The notes beneath the pieces are model-generated. The model worked only from the letters and a program-made list of their open reading frames with translations, had not been told where the DNA came from and did not search any database. 64,000 bases of DNA from Candidatus Micrarchaeia archaeon. Its GTDB lineage: Archaea > Micrarchaeota > Micrarchaeia > Anstonellales > Anstonellaceae. The stretch spans positions 4,281-68,280 of the forward strand of contig JBAZYD010000001.1 of the NCBI GenBank assembly GCA_041659465.1. Reading direction: 5' to 3'. Both the position numbers and the translations under genes were made by a program. Shown piece after piece: positions 56,037-64,000 of this stretch. How positions within the stretch are numbered: position 1 is the stretch's first letter; each line of letters opens with the position of its first letter.

Positions 56037-57281
56037 ATGTCGTTTTTGCAAAAAATGGACCCGGAAATCTACGGAATCATGCGCTTGGAGCTTTCGCGCC
56101 AGCGAGAGGGCCTTGAGCTTATCCCCTCCGAGAATTTCACCTCGCTTGCAGTGATGGAGGCGCAGGGAGGGGTGATGACAAACAAGTACGCCGAGGGCTA
56201 CCCTGGCAAGAGATACTACGGAGGGAACGAGTTCATCGACCAGTCCGAGGCGCTTGCCATAGGGCGCGCGAAGAAGATATTCCATGCAGACCATGCAAAC
56301 GTGCAGCCGCACGCAGGCTCGCAGGCGAACATGGCGGCATATTTCGCGCTTCTGCAGCCAGGCGACAAGGTGATGGGGCTCAATTTGTCATCAGGCGGGC
56401 ACCTGACGCACGGCTCGCCAGTGAATTTCTCTGGAAAGGTGTACAATGTCGTGCCTTACAATGTGGACGAAAAAACGCACCTGCTTGATTTTGGCGCAAT
56501 GGAAAAACAGGCTAAGGAGGAAAAGCCCAAGCTCATAGTGGCAGGCTTCACAGCATATCCTAGGCAGGTGGACTTCAAGCGCTTCCGCGAGATTGCGGAT
56601 GCAAGCGGCGCTAAATTGATGGTGGACATGGCGCACATTGCAGGCCTGATTGCAGGCGGAGCGCACATGCAGCCGTTCCCCTACGCAGATATTGTCACAT
56701 CCACCACGCACAAGACGCTGCGCGGCCCGCGCGGCGCCATCATACTTTGCAGGCAGGAATACCAGGTGCAGATTGACAAGGCTGTTTTCCCGGGGCTGCA
56801 GGGCGGGCCGCTTGAGCACGCGATTGCAGCAAAGGCGGTTTGCTTCCACGAGGCAATGCAGCCGGAGTTCTCGCAATACGCGCACCAGATTGTGAAGAAC
56901 GCAAAGGCAATGGCGGACGAGTTGATGGCGCAGGGCATGGTGCTGGTGTCAGGCGGCACGGACACGCACCTGCTTCTAATCGACCTTCGCAACATGAATA
57001 TCACGGGCAAGGAGGCGCAGCTTGCGCTTGACGAGGCAGGGATTACCTGCAACAAGAACACCGTGCCCTATGACACGCAGTCGCCTTTCATCACTTCAGG
57101 CATTCGCCTTGGCACGCCCGCGCTCACCACGCGCGGCATGTTGGAGGGCGAGATGAAGGAAATCGCGAGGATGATAAAGCGCGTGTGCAGCGCGCACACC
57201 GATGCTGCGCTTAAGCAGAAGGTGAGGCAGGAAGTGCTTGCGATGACTGGTAGGTTCCCGCTTTACCCTGAGCTTGGATGA
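56037..57281 (+). CDS. glyA: Serine hydroxymethyltransferase (bacterial/THF type)
   Basis: [46 protein letters not shown]. Confidence 0.98.
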   Translation: MSFLQKMDPEIYGIMRLELSRQREGLELIPSENFTSLAVMEAQGGVMTNKYAEGYPGKRYYGGNEFIDQSEALAIGRAKKIFHADHANVQPHAGSQANMAAYFALLQPGDKVMGLNLSSGGHLTHGSPVNFSGKVYNVVPYNVDEKTHLLDFGAMEKQAKEEKPKLIVAGFTAYPRQVDFKRFREIADASGAKLMVDMAHIAGLIAGGAHMQPFPYADIVTSTTHKTLRGPRGAIILCRQEYQVQIDKAVFPGLQGGPLEHAIAAKAVCFHEAMQPEFSQYAHQIVKNAKAMADELMAQGMVLVSGGTDTHLLLIDLRNMNITGKEAQLALDEAGITCNKNTVPYDTQSPFITSGIRLGTPALTTRGMLEGEMKEIARMIKRVCSAHTDAALKQKVRQEVLAMTGRFPLYPELG

Positions 57282-57317
57282 ATGAATGCAGGATAGCTTC
57301 GCTGGATGGTGCTTGTA

Positions 57318-58163
57318 ATGGCCGCAAAAATCATCGACGGGAAAAAGATGGCGGACGCGCTGCTTGCCAGAGCGGCGGAGAAAGTCGCCGCGCTTAACTT
57401 CAGGCCCTGCGTTGCCATTGTGCTGGTGGGCGACGACTTAGCATCGCAGACGTACACGAAGAAGAAGCATGATGCATGCGCGCGCGTGGGGATGGACTCG
57501 AAGAACGTGAGGCTTCCAGCAAGCGCAACGCAGAAGGAGATAATCGCGCAGGTGCAGCACCTCAATGAGAGCCCTGAAGTGGATGCCATACTTGTGCAGC
57601 TCCCTCTTCCGGACGGCATTGATGAGGATGCAGTGCTTGCCGCAGTGGCGCGCGAAAAGGATGTGGACGGGTTCCACCCTGAGAATTTCGGGAGGCTTGC
57701 GCTGGGAATTGGGAATATTGCGCCCTGCACGCCCAAGGGAGTCACCTACATGCTCAAGGAAAGCGGCGTGCCACTGCCGGGAAAGCACGCAGTGGTGATT
57801 GGCAGGAGCAGGATTGTGGGAAAGCCGCTTGCGCTCCTGCTGCTTAACGGGGGATGCACCGTTACAGTGTGCCACAGCAAGACGAGGGACATGGCTGCAA
57901 TTGTAAAGACGGCTGACATCATTTGCTCAGCTGTGGGAAAGCCGCGCCTTGTCACGGCAGACATGGTAAAGCCGGGCGCGGTTGTGATTGACATCGGCAC
58001 CAGCAAGGAGAACGAAAAGCTCATCGGAGATGTGGACTTTGAGGCGGTTGCCAAGAAGGCATCGCTCATCACGCCCGTGCCGGGCGGCGTGGGGCCCATG
58101 ACGATTGCCATGCTCATCGAGAACACGCTTGTTTGCTACGAGGAAAGAAGGAAGAGGAAGTGA
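57318..58163 (+). CDS. folD: Methylene-THF dehydrogenase/cyclohydrolase
   Basis: IIDGK, ILVQLPLP, KDVDGFHP, PCTPKG, GRS.IVGKP, TPVPGGVGPMTI. Confidence 0.98.
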   Translation: MAAKIIDGKKMADALLARAAEKVAALNFRPCVAIVLVGDDLASQTYTKKKHDACARVGMDSKNVRLPASATQKEIIAQVQHLNESPEVDAILVQLPLPDGIDEDAVLAAVAREKDVDGFHPENFGRLALGIGNIAPCTPKGVTYMLKESGVPLPGKHAVVIGRSRIVGKPLALLLLNGGCTVTVCHSKTRDMAAIVKTADIICSAVGKPRLVTADMVKPGAVVIDIGTSKENEKLIGDVDFEAVAKKASLITPVPGGVGPMTIAMLIENTLVCYEERRKRK

Positions 58164-58167
58164 GCGC

Positions 58168-59364
58168 GTGGCGATTGCCTACCCGCGCGCCCTGAAGGAA
58201 ATCTACTCACTGGGCAAGTTCGGAAGCAAGCCTGGGCTTGTCAGGATTCGCGCCATCCTGAAGGAACTGGGCAACCCGCAGCGGAAATACAAATGCATAC
58301 TCGTGGGAGGGAGCAACGGCAAGGGCTCCACCACAGAAATGATTGGCGCAATATTGCAGGAGGATGGCGCGCGCGTGGGCACTTATTTTTCGCCGCAGAT
58401 AGAAAGGTTTGAGGAAAGGTTCAGAGTCAATGGGAAAAATGCAAGCAGGCAAGAGATTGCGGGCGCTTATGCCCGTGTTAGGGCGGCTGCGGACAATGTT
58501 GCGCCAGAGGCGACATTTTTCGAAGTGGTGACTGCGATGGCGCTTGCCATTTTTGCTGAGAGGAAAGCCGGCTATGCCGTGCTTGAGGTCGGCTTGGGAG
58601 GGAGGCTTGATGCTGTCAATGCCGTGGAGCCGGAAGTTTCAGTGCTCACGTCGCTGTCATTGGAGCACACCGATGTGCTGGGCGGCACGATTGGGAAAAT
58701 CGCGCATGAGAAGTGCGGCATTGCAAGGAAAGGGAAGATACTGGTTTGCGGAAAGCTGGGCAGGGAGGCAAAGCGAGCAGTGGGAGAGGAATGCCTGAGG
58801 ATAGGCGCGAAAGAGGAGTTTGCCTCCCCATACAGGGGCAGGGTGGCTGCGGAAGGCGAATTCCAGAAGTCGAATGCAGCCGTTGCGGCTGCAGCCTGCG
58901 AAGCGCTTGGCGTTGGGAAAAGGGCGATTGCACGCGGGCTCCTGCAATGCAGGCCGAGATTCCGCCTGGAAAGGAGGGGGAACGTGCTCCTGGACTGCGC
59001 GCACAACCCCGAGGCGGCATCGGCGCTTGCAGACGAGGTCGCGCGCATAGGGGTGCGAGGGAAGAGGGTGCTTTTGTTTTCCGCGATGAGGGACAAGGAT
59101 TATGCGTCCGTGCTGCGCACATTGGCCCCGCTGTTTGATGAAGTCGTGATTGCCGAGGTGAAGCTGGAAAGGGGGGAGAGGGCGGAAAAGCTTGCGGCGG
59201 CGGCAAAGGAAGCTGGCGCGCAGGCGGAAATTGTGCGCGATTCGCAAAAGGCGCTGCTGCTTGCAAAGGGGCGGGCTGGAAAGGGCGGGTTGGCAGTGGT
59301 GGCAGGCTCGATATACCTGCTTGCCGAGCTGTACGGTAGGGATAAAATACGATTGGCACAATAG
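58168..59364 (+). CDS. folC: Folylpolyglutamate synthase / dihydrofolate synthase
   Basis: GSNGKGS, SP...F.ER, TFFE, LEVGLGGRLDAVN, DCAHNP, GSIYL; GTG start assumed. Confidence 0.95.
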   Translation: MAIAYPRALKEIYSLGKFGSKPGLVRIRAILKELGNPQRKYKCILVGGSNGKGSTTEMIGAILQEDGARVGTYFSPQIERFEERFRVNGKNASRQEIAGAYARVRAAADNVAPEATFFEVVTAMALAIFAERKAGYAVLEVGLGGRLDAVNAVEPEVSVLTSLSLEHTDVLGGTIGKIAHEKCGIARKGKILVCGKLGREAKRAVGEECLRIGAKEEFASPYRGRVAAEGEFQKSNAAVAAAACEALGVGKRAIARGLLQCRPRFRLERRGNVLLDCAHNPEAASALADEVARIGVRGKRVLLFSAMRDKDYASVLRTLAPLFDEVVIAEVKLERGERAEKLAAAAKEAGAQAEIVRDSQKALLLAKGRAGKGGLAVVAGSIYLLAELYGRDKIRLAQ

Positions 59365-59370
59365 GTGGAC

Positions 59371-59544
59371 GTCAACAACCCAAGCCTAAAGGCCTGGGCT
59401 TGCTGATAGATTATGAAAAATGTGTGATGACGATGAAGCTGCCTTTACCCACGCCGGACATGCGTCCCAATTTTTGCCCTCGGGCAAAAATGGGCCCATT
59501 CGAGTCAAAGGCTCGAATAGGGGGGCTTCGGGCTTGGGTTGTTG
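59371..59544. mobile_element. Non-autonomous IS200/IS605-type palindromic element (PATE/MITE-like)
   Basis: GTCAACAACCCAAGCCTAAAGGCCTGGGCTTG end hairpin; 14-bp inverted repeat CAACAACCCAAGCC/GGCTTGGGTTGTTG; two internal hairpins. Confidence 0.5.
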
Positions 59545-59551
59545 TGGGAAC

Positions 59552-60709
59552 ATGAAGGATGCAATGAGGAAGGAAATGCTTGCAAAGCGCGAGTTCCACC
59601 ACTCGTCGGGCGGGCACGTGAACTGCATCGAGATAATGGACAGGTTCCTGCGGCTTCCCTGCTTCAATTCGGCAAAATGCGTGCTGCTTTATGCCTCAAA
59701 AGGGGGAGAGGTGCACACTGACGGGATAATCCAGTCGGCGCTTTCGCTTGGCAAGAAGGTGGCGCTGCCCGTGACCGTCCAGGAGGGGCATGCACTGGAG
59801 CTTTACGAGATAAAAAGCATAAGCGAGCTGTCCGAGGGGGCGTTTGGCATACTTGAGCCTGCAAGGAACCCTGAGAGGCGCGTGCAGCCCGAGGAGGTGG
59901 AGCTTGTCGTGGTGCCTGGCGTCACGTTCGACAGGCGCGGGCACAGGCTGGGTTATGGCAGGGGCTATTACGATTCACTGCTGAAGAGAATAAAGGGATG
60001 CAAGGTGGGGCTTGCATACGACATGCAGATTGTGGGGCATGTGCCTGATGAGCCGCATGACGTTGCGGTGGACATGGTGGTTACGCAAAGTGAAACCATA
60101 AGGTGCGGAAATGCAGGGGCGGGCGCAGGATGCAGGAAATTCCGCGTGGCAGTGCTTGCCTCGGGCAGGGGAAGCGACTTTATGTCCATAGTGGATGCTG
60201 TGAAAGGCGGGAAGCTGGACGTTTTCATAGCTGGCCTGGTAACCGACAACCCTGATGCGCCTGCCATGAAGGGGGCTGAGAAGAACGGCATACCCGCGTT
60301 CTTCATCCCGCATGCCTCGAGGGAGGAGCTGGATGCGGGCGTGATGAAAAAACTGTCCGAGCTTGAGCCTGACCTCGTGGTGCTTGCAGGCTACATGAAA
60401 ATCATCAGGAACCCCGAGCTTCTTTCGCGCTACAAGGGGAGGATGATAAACATCCACCCCTCGCTCCTTCCAAAATACCCTGGCGCGCACGCGCAGAAGG
60501 ACGCCTTTGACGCGCATGAGAAAGTGTCGGGCTACACCATACACCTTGTGGACGAGTCGCTTGACGGCGGGAAGATACTGCACCAGGAGAAGGTGGACAT
60601 TTCAGGATGCATTAGCGCGGACGAGGCTGCCGCGAAGATACTGGAGAGGGAGCATGTCGGGCTGCCAGAGGTTGTCGGGAAGATTGCACGCGGCGAAATC
60701 AGGCAGTAA
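59552..60709 (+). CDS. purN: Fusion of 5-formyl-THF cyclo-ligase and GAR transformylase (PurN)
   Basis: N-part: VPGVTFDRRGHRLGYGRGYYD, HDVAVD; C-part: VLASGRGS, LAGYMKI, INIHPSLLP.YPG, GYTIHLVDESLDGGKI; single reading frame. Confidence 0.92.
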   Translation: MKDAMRKEMLAKREFHHSSGGHVNCIEIMDRFLRLPCFNSAKCVLLYASKGGEVHTDGIIQSALSLGKKVALPVTVQEGHALELYEIKSISELSEGAFGILEPARNPERRVQPEEVELVVVPGVTFDRRGHRLGYGRGYYDSLLKRIKGCKVGLAYDMQIVGHVPDEPHDVAVDMVVTQSETIRCGNAGAGAGCRKFRVAVLASGRGSDFMSIVDAVKGGKLDVFIAGLVTDNPDAPAMKGAEKNGIPAFFIPHASREELDAGVMKKLSELEPDLVVLAGYMKIIRNPELLSRYKGRMINIHPSLLPKYPGAHAQKDAFDAHEKVSGYTIHLVDESLDGGKILHQEKVDISGCISADEAAAKILEREHVGLPEVVGKIARGEIRQ

Positions 60710-60777
60710 TTGCGAAAACCGCAAGCCCCGCGCCCTGCTTTATAATTTTTTACCATGGAACAAGGGATAGACGTGGT

Positions 60778-61401
60778 ATGATGCTGGAAAAGCTGCTGGG
60801 ATGGCTCAAGGGAATATTCAGGAAGAAAAAGGCGGTGAGCCTTGGCATCTACGGCAGCCCGAACGTCGGGAAGACCACGCTTGCAAACAGGATATGCGTG
60901 GATTTGGCCGACGAGCCCATGGGCGCGGTAAGCCCGGTGCCGCACGAGACAAGGCGCGTGCAGAAAAAGGACAACATGACATTGAAGCTCAAGGGCTTCA
61001 CGCTCTCCATGAATCTTCTTGACATGCCCGGCATTGCAGTGAAGGTGGACTACCGCGACTTCCTGGGGTATGGCATTCCCAAGGACGAGGCGCAGAAGAG
61101 GGCGCGCGAGGCGACATTAGGCGTGGTCGAGGCTGTGAGGAGCCTGGACAAGATAGACGCCGCGCTTTTCGTCATCGACGCCACCGAAGACCCGTACACA
61201 CAGGTCAACATTACAATAATAGGGAATATAGAGGCGCGGGACATCCCCATCGTGGTGGTGGCTAACAAGATAGACCTGCCCAATGCCAACACGCAAAGGA
61301 TAAGGGAGGCGTTCCCGGGCTACGAGTTCGTGGAGGTCTCGGCAATGACAGGCGAGAACCTCACCAAGCTTTATTCCACCATCGCAAACAAGCTTTCCTA
61401 G
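60778..61401 (+). CDS. Archaeal Era-like small GTPase (OapA-like)
   Basis: IYGSPNVGKTTLANRI, PHETR, DMPG, RA.EAT.GV.EA, DPYTQVN, NKID, SA. Confidence 0.9.
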   Translation: MMLEKLLGWLKGIFRKKKAVSLGIYGSPNVGKTTLANRICVDLADEPMGAVSPVPHETRRVQKKDNMTLKLKGFTLSMNLLDMPGIAVKVDYRDFLGYGIPKDEAQKRAREATLGVVEAVRSLDKIDAALFVIDATEDPYTQVNITIIGNIEARDIPIVVVANKIDLPNANTQRIREAFPGYEFVEVSAMTGENLTKLYSTIANKLS

Positions 61402-61416
61402 GCAGGGCGGATTTAC

Positions 61417-61995
61417 ATGCACAAATGCTCAAAATGCGGACGGGCTGCCTCCAGCCTCGAGGAAATAGACGCGGGCTGCCCGTGCGGCTCCAAGGTGTTC
61501 ATCTTTGACAGGCAGATTGCGCAGGCTGTTGTTGAAGGGAATGCCGCTGCACCGGCCGCATTTGAAGGGAACGGCGGCTTTGCAGGCGAAGCAGGGGCGG
61601 CAGGCGCAGCGCCCGGGAACGGCAATGGGAGCGCGGTGGCAACAGGCGCATCAGGCAATGGCGGCAGCGCAAATCCAGCAGCCGTTATGGGCGCGCCATC
61701 GACTTTTGCGGTGCCTGAAACCGCAAAGGGCAAGGCGCAGGAAGCGCCCGATGGGCAGGAAGGAAAGGTGCCGGAATCCTATTTCGCGCGCACATCGTTC
61801 ACCAACGACGATATTGAAAACATAAAAGTCCTCACGCAGGGCGTGTTCATCCTTGACGTGAATGCGATTTCAAAAAACCCCGTAGTCCTGAAGGACGAGG
61901 ACGAGATATACTACGTGAAGCTGCCCCTTGTGCAGAAAAAGGCGCAGGCGGCAGCGCCCGAGCAGAAAAGCGAAGGGAACGGGAAGAAGCAGTAG
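61417..61995 (+). CDS. Zn-ribbon protein, DUF2072/OapC-like
   Basis: MHKCSKCG...GCPCGSKVF, low-complexity middle, IENIKVL..G...LDV...Y.V.L C-terminus; follows the GTPase. Confidence 0.75.
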   Translation: MHKCSKCGRAASSLEEIDAGCPCGSKVFIFDRQIAQAVVEGNAAAPAAFEGNGGFAGEAGAAGAAPGNGNGSAVATGASGNGGSANPAAVMGAPSTFAVPETAKGKAQEAPDGQEGKVPESYFARTSFTNDDIENIKVLTQGVFILDVNAISKNPVVLKDEDEIYYVKLPLVQKKAQAAAPEQKSEGNGKKQ

Positions 61996-61997
61996 CA

Positions 61998-62405
61998 TTA
62001 AACGTCGAGAAGTATCCTGATTGTCCAGCCTTCCTTGTCTTTTTTCACCATAAGCTCATGGTAGGTGACAGCTTTTACCGTGTCGCGCGGCTGCTTCTTT
62101 TCCCCGAATGCCTCGATTTTTACAGAATGGCGGGCGGCATCGTATTCCGTCACTTTCGCACGGGAGAAAATCAGCTCGCCTGTGTCCATGTAGGCAAGCA
62201 TATCTGCAAGCGCCTGCACGGTGAGCTCCTCGATGTTGTGCGCGGCTACTGAAAATGTCGCGCGCTCGCTTTCCCCTGCCGAGCCGAAAACGGAAAACAT
62301 GGCGTGCGCGGAATTCTCAAGCGCCTCCTCGTATGACTTGCCGTATGCCTCGAACATTATGTCGGCGGTGTGCTCCAGGAAACGGTACTTTTCTTTCTGC
62401 ATCAT
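61998..62405 (-). CDS. Archease (RtcB tRNA-ligase cofactor)
   Basis: YRFLEHTADI.FEAYG, VKAVTYH, C-terminal LDV. Confidence 0.96.
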   Translation of the reverse strand: MMQKEKYRFLEHTADIMFEAYGKSYEEALENSAHAMFSVFGSAGESERATFSVAAHNIEELTVQALADMLAYMDTGELIFSRAKVTEYDAARHSVKIEAFGEKKQPRDTVKAVTYHELMVKKDKEGWTIRILLDV

Positions 62406-62497
62406 ATCACAAACAGGAATGGAAGAAAAGGACAAATTTCAAGAGAAATTTGCCCGCATTCGGAAATTCGATAGAATTCACGAATACAATAAAAAAA

Positions 62498-63031
62498 TCA
62501 AAACGCCTTTTCACGGTTGATGGTGATTTTTGACACATCTATCAACCGCACGATGTTCAATGTCCCATTTTCTTCCTTTATATAAATCACTTTGGGAGAT
62601 ATGTCCTTGCGCTCCTTGTTGCTGTCAAATGCGGCTATGAGCGGCTTGTTCATGCTATCATCAGCAGGGATGAGAAGGCCTGTCACGCTGCTGCCGTCCT
62701 TGGTTTTTACCGTGGCATTGGTGACGCCGGGGGTTATTTTGTTCATGTCGATTATTTTTCCGAAGCCTACAACGGAAACATCCCACCCTGTAAAGCCAAC
62801 TGACGTCTGCGCATATATGTCCTTTCTGGGGGTGATTTCGTTCACCTGGCCCATGGTATAGTAGTTCCCCCTTTCGCCAAATAGCGGTTTTGCATTAATC
62901 TGGACGAGCACCAAGTCGTTTTTGGAAATGCCCTCCCTTTTCACCGCATTCCCTACGTTGTCTTCCACGGCAACCTTGACTTTTGTCACTTGGCAAACAA
63001 AGACCATTCCATCACCATTTGGCTTATGCAT
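62498..63031 (-). CDS. Hypothetical protein (orphan)
   Basis: Intact ORF of about 170 aa, slightly AT-richer; start uncertain. Confidence 0.6.
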   Translation of the reverse strand: MHKPNGDGMVFVCQVTKVKVAVEDNVGNAVKREGISKNDLVLVQINAKPLFGERGNYYTMGQVNEITPRKDIYAQTSVGFTGWDVSVVGFGKIIDMNKITPGVTNATVKTKDGSSVTGLLIPADDSMNKPLIAAFDSNKERKDISPKVIYIKEENGTLNIVRLIDVSKITINREKAF

Positions 63032-63113
63032 CTAAAAAATTATAAACGGCATAGCATTTGCATTGCTATAAAATGAGGGAAAAAACCGGGGAAATGAAAG
63101 GAAAAATGAAAAA

Positions 63114-63371
63114 TCAGGAAATATCGACTTCGGTGCCTATCGCCTGGCCGGGCAGGCCCTTGTCGAAGCGCGCGAGCACCGCGCCGGAGTTGCCGTGCGC
63201 CTTGGATATCTTGCCCACGATTTCCTTGCCGGTCGCGGTTTTCCAGCACACGCGCTTGCCGATGACGCCGTTTGCAGACGCCCTGTCGGCAACGCCGTCT
63301 ATTTTCACGACAAACTGGTTGGTGTATGCAGTGTGGACGCCGCGCCTGTTGCCTGAGAGAATGCCTTTCAT
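63114..63371 (-). CDS. rpl35ae: 50S ribosomal protein L35Ae
   Basis: RRG.H....NQ...I.GV, GKRV.W, GKI...HGNSGAV.ARF...LPGQAIG. Confidence 0.95.
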   Translation of the reverse strand: MKGILSGNRRGVHTAYTNQFVVKIDGVADRASANGVIGKRVCWKTATGKEIVGKISKAHGNSGAVLARFDKGLPGQAIGTEVDIS

Positions 63372-63430
63372 TGTAAAAACCTCCTGATAATGCCCCCGAC
63401 GGAGCATGTCATCTATTGGGGCAAGCCTAT

Positions 63431-64000
63431 TTAAACTCTGCGCCGCGCGCAGGCAAAGGCGAAAAGCAGGAGCGGGACGGCGATGAGCGAGGGGAGGCAG
63501 GGAATGGCGGGCGGCTGCCCCACAGGCGGAGGCGGGGAGGTGGAATTCCCGGCCGAGGATGCCTTGGCTGAGATTTCCGCATCAAGCGCGTTGCCCATTT
63601 CAGAAAGCGCATCGCTTGCCGAGGATATCCTGGAAAGCGTGAGCGGGGCGCTGTAGTTTGCCTTGAGCGAGGCGAGCTGCGAAAGGTAGCTGCCTGCGGA
63701 CGGCTTGCCAATCAGCCAGGCGCTGCTTTGCACCTTGGATGAAAAGCCGTCCATGGCAAGGAGGAGCGAGGAGTAGCGCTTGGCGTCCGAGGCGATTGCC
63801 GATGCTGCGCCGCTGGAAACTTCGTCGAACTGCGCGCGGAGAGCGAGCGCTGGCCTGTATTTGCCCTGGCTTGACAGGTTTTGCGAAAGCGCCGAGATGT
63901 TCTCAAGCGCCGAAATCATGGGCGCGATGGAAGGGTCTTTCACGTTTTTTGCAAGCGCGGTGCTGTTCGCCTTGAGGTTGCGGATGCTGTTTTGCATCCT
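63431..64000 (-). CDS. Membrane-anchored helical surface protein, 5' end beyond the window
   Basis: Ala/Ser-rich helices, Pro linker, C-terminal CLP + hydrophobic stretch + RRR. Confidence 0.75.
   Translation of the reverse strand, partial: RMQNSIRNLKANSTALAKNVKDPSIAPMISALENISALSQNLSSQGKYRPALALRAQFDEVSSGAASAIASDAKRYSSLLLAMDGFSSKVQSSAWLIGKPSAGSYLSQLASLKANYSAPLTLSRISSASDALSEMGNALDAEISAKASSAGNSTSPPPPVGQPPAIPCLPSLIAVPLLLFAFACARRRV

Noticed and set aside
59403..59440. C/D box sRNA (GTGATGA present)
   Set aside because: No CTGA D box at a suitable distance downstream of the C-like box

Overview
GC-rich archaeal chromosome segment. The archaeal class I CCA enzyme, Pth2, NurA, archease, L35Ae, TRAM protein, BHB-intron tRNAs and TATA/BRE promoters, together with the many orphan genes, suggest a DPANN archaeon, probably Micrarchaeota (inference from gene content). 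It is metabolically rich for DPANN: split transketolase plus transaldolase, glmS, a LysW-dependent Lys/Orn pathway with two LysW carriers and two LysX/ArgX-family ligases, argF, purB and a bacterial-type folate/C1 cluster (glyA, folD, folC, 5-FCL-PurN fusion). Surface genes include a tandem cystine-knot-like protein, a Cys-repeat protein, a LamG protein, an NHL-propeller protein, two membrane-anchored thiol oxidoreductases and a 3222-aa beta-helix adhesin followed by MoxR-DUF58-vWA. Three tRNA genes are present: Tyr (two introns, one in the T-loop), Asp and Gly (one intron). Two AT-rich islets are each bordered by the same 17-bp sequence, which contains the tRNA-Asp 3' end. Strongest novelty candidates: the dual LysW/ligase system, a PvdF-like formyltransferase paired with an M20 deacylase, the tandem knottin-like protein, a putative CLP C-terminal sorting signal and the tRNA-Asp-related structured repeats. 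All family assignments come from motif recognition by eye; no database search was run.
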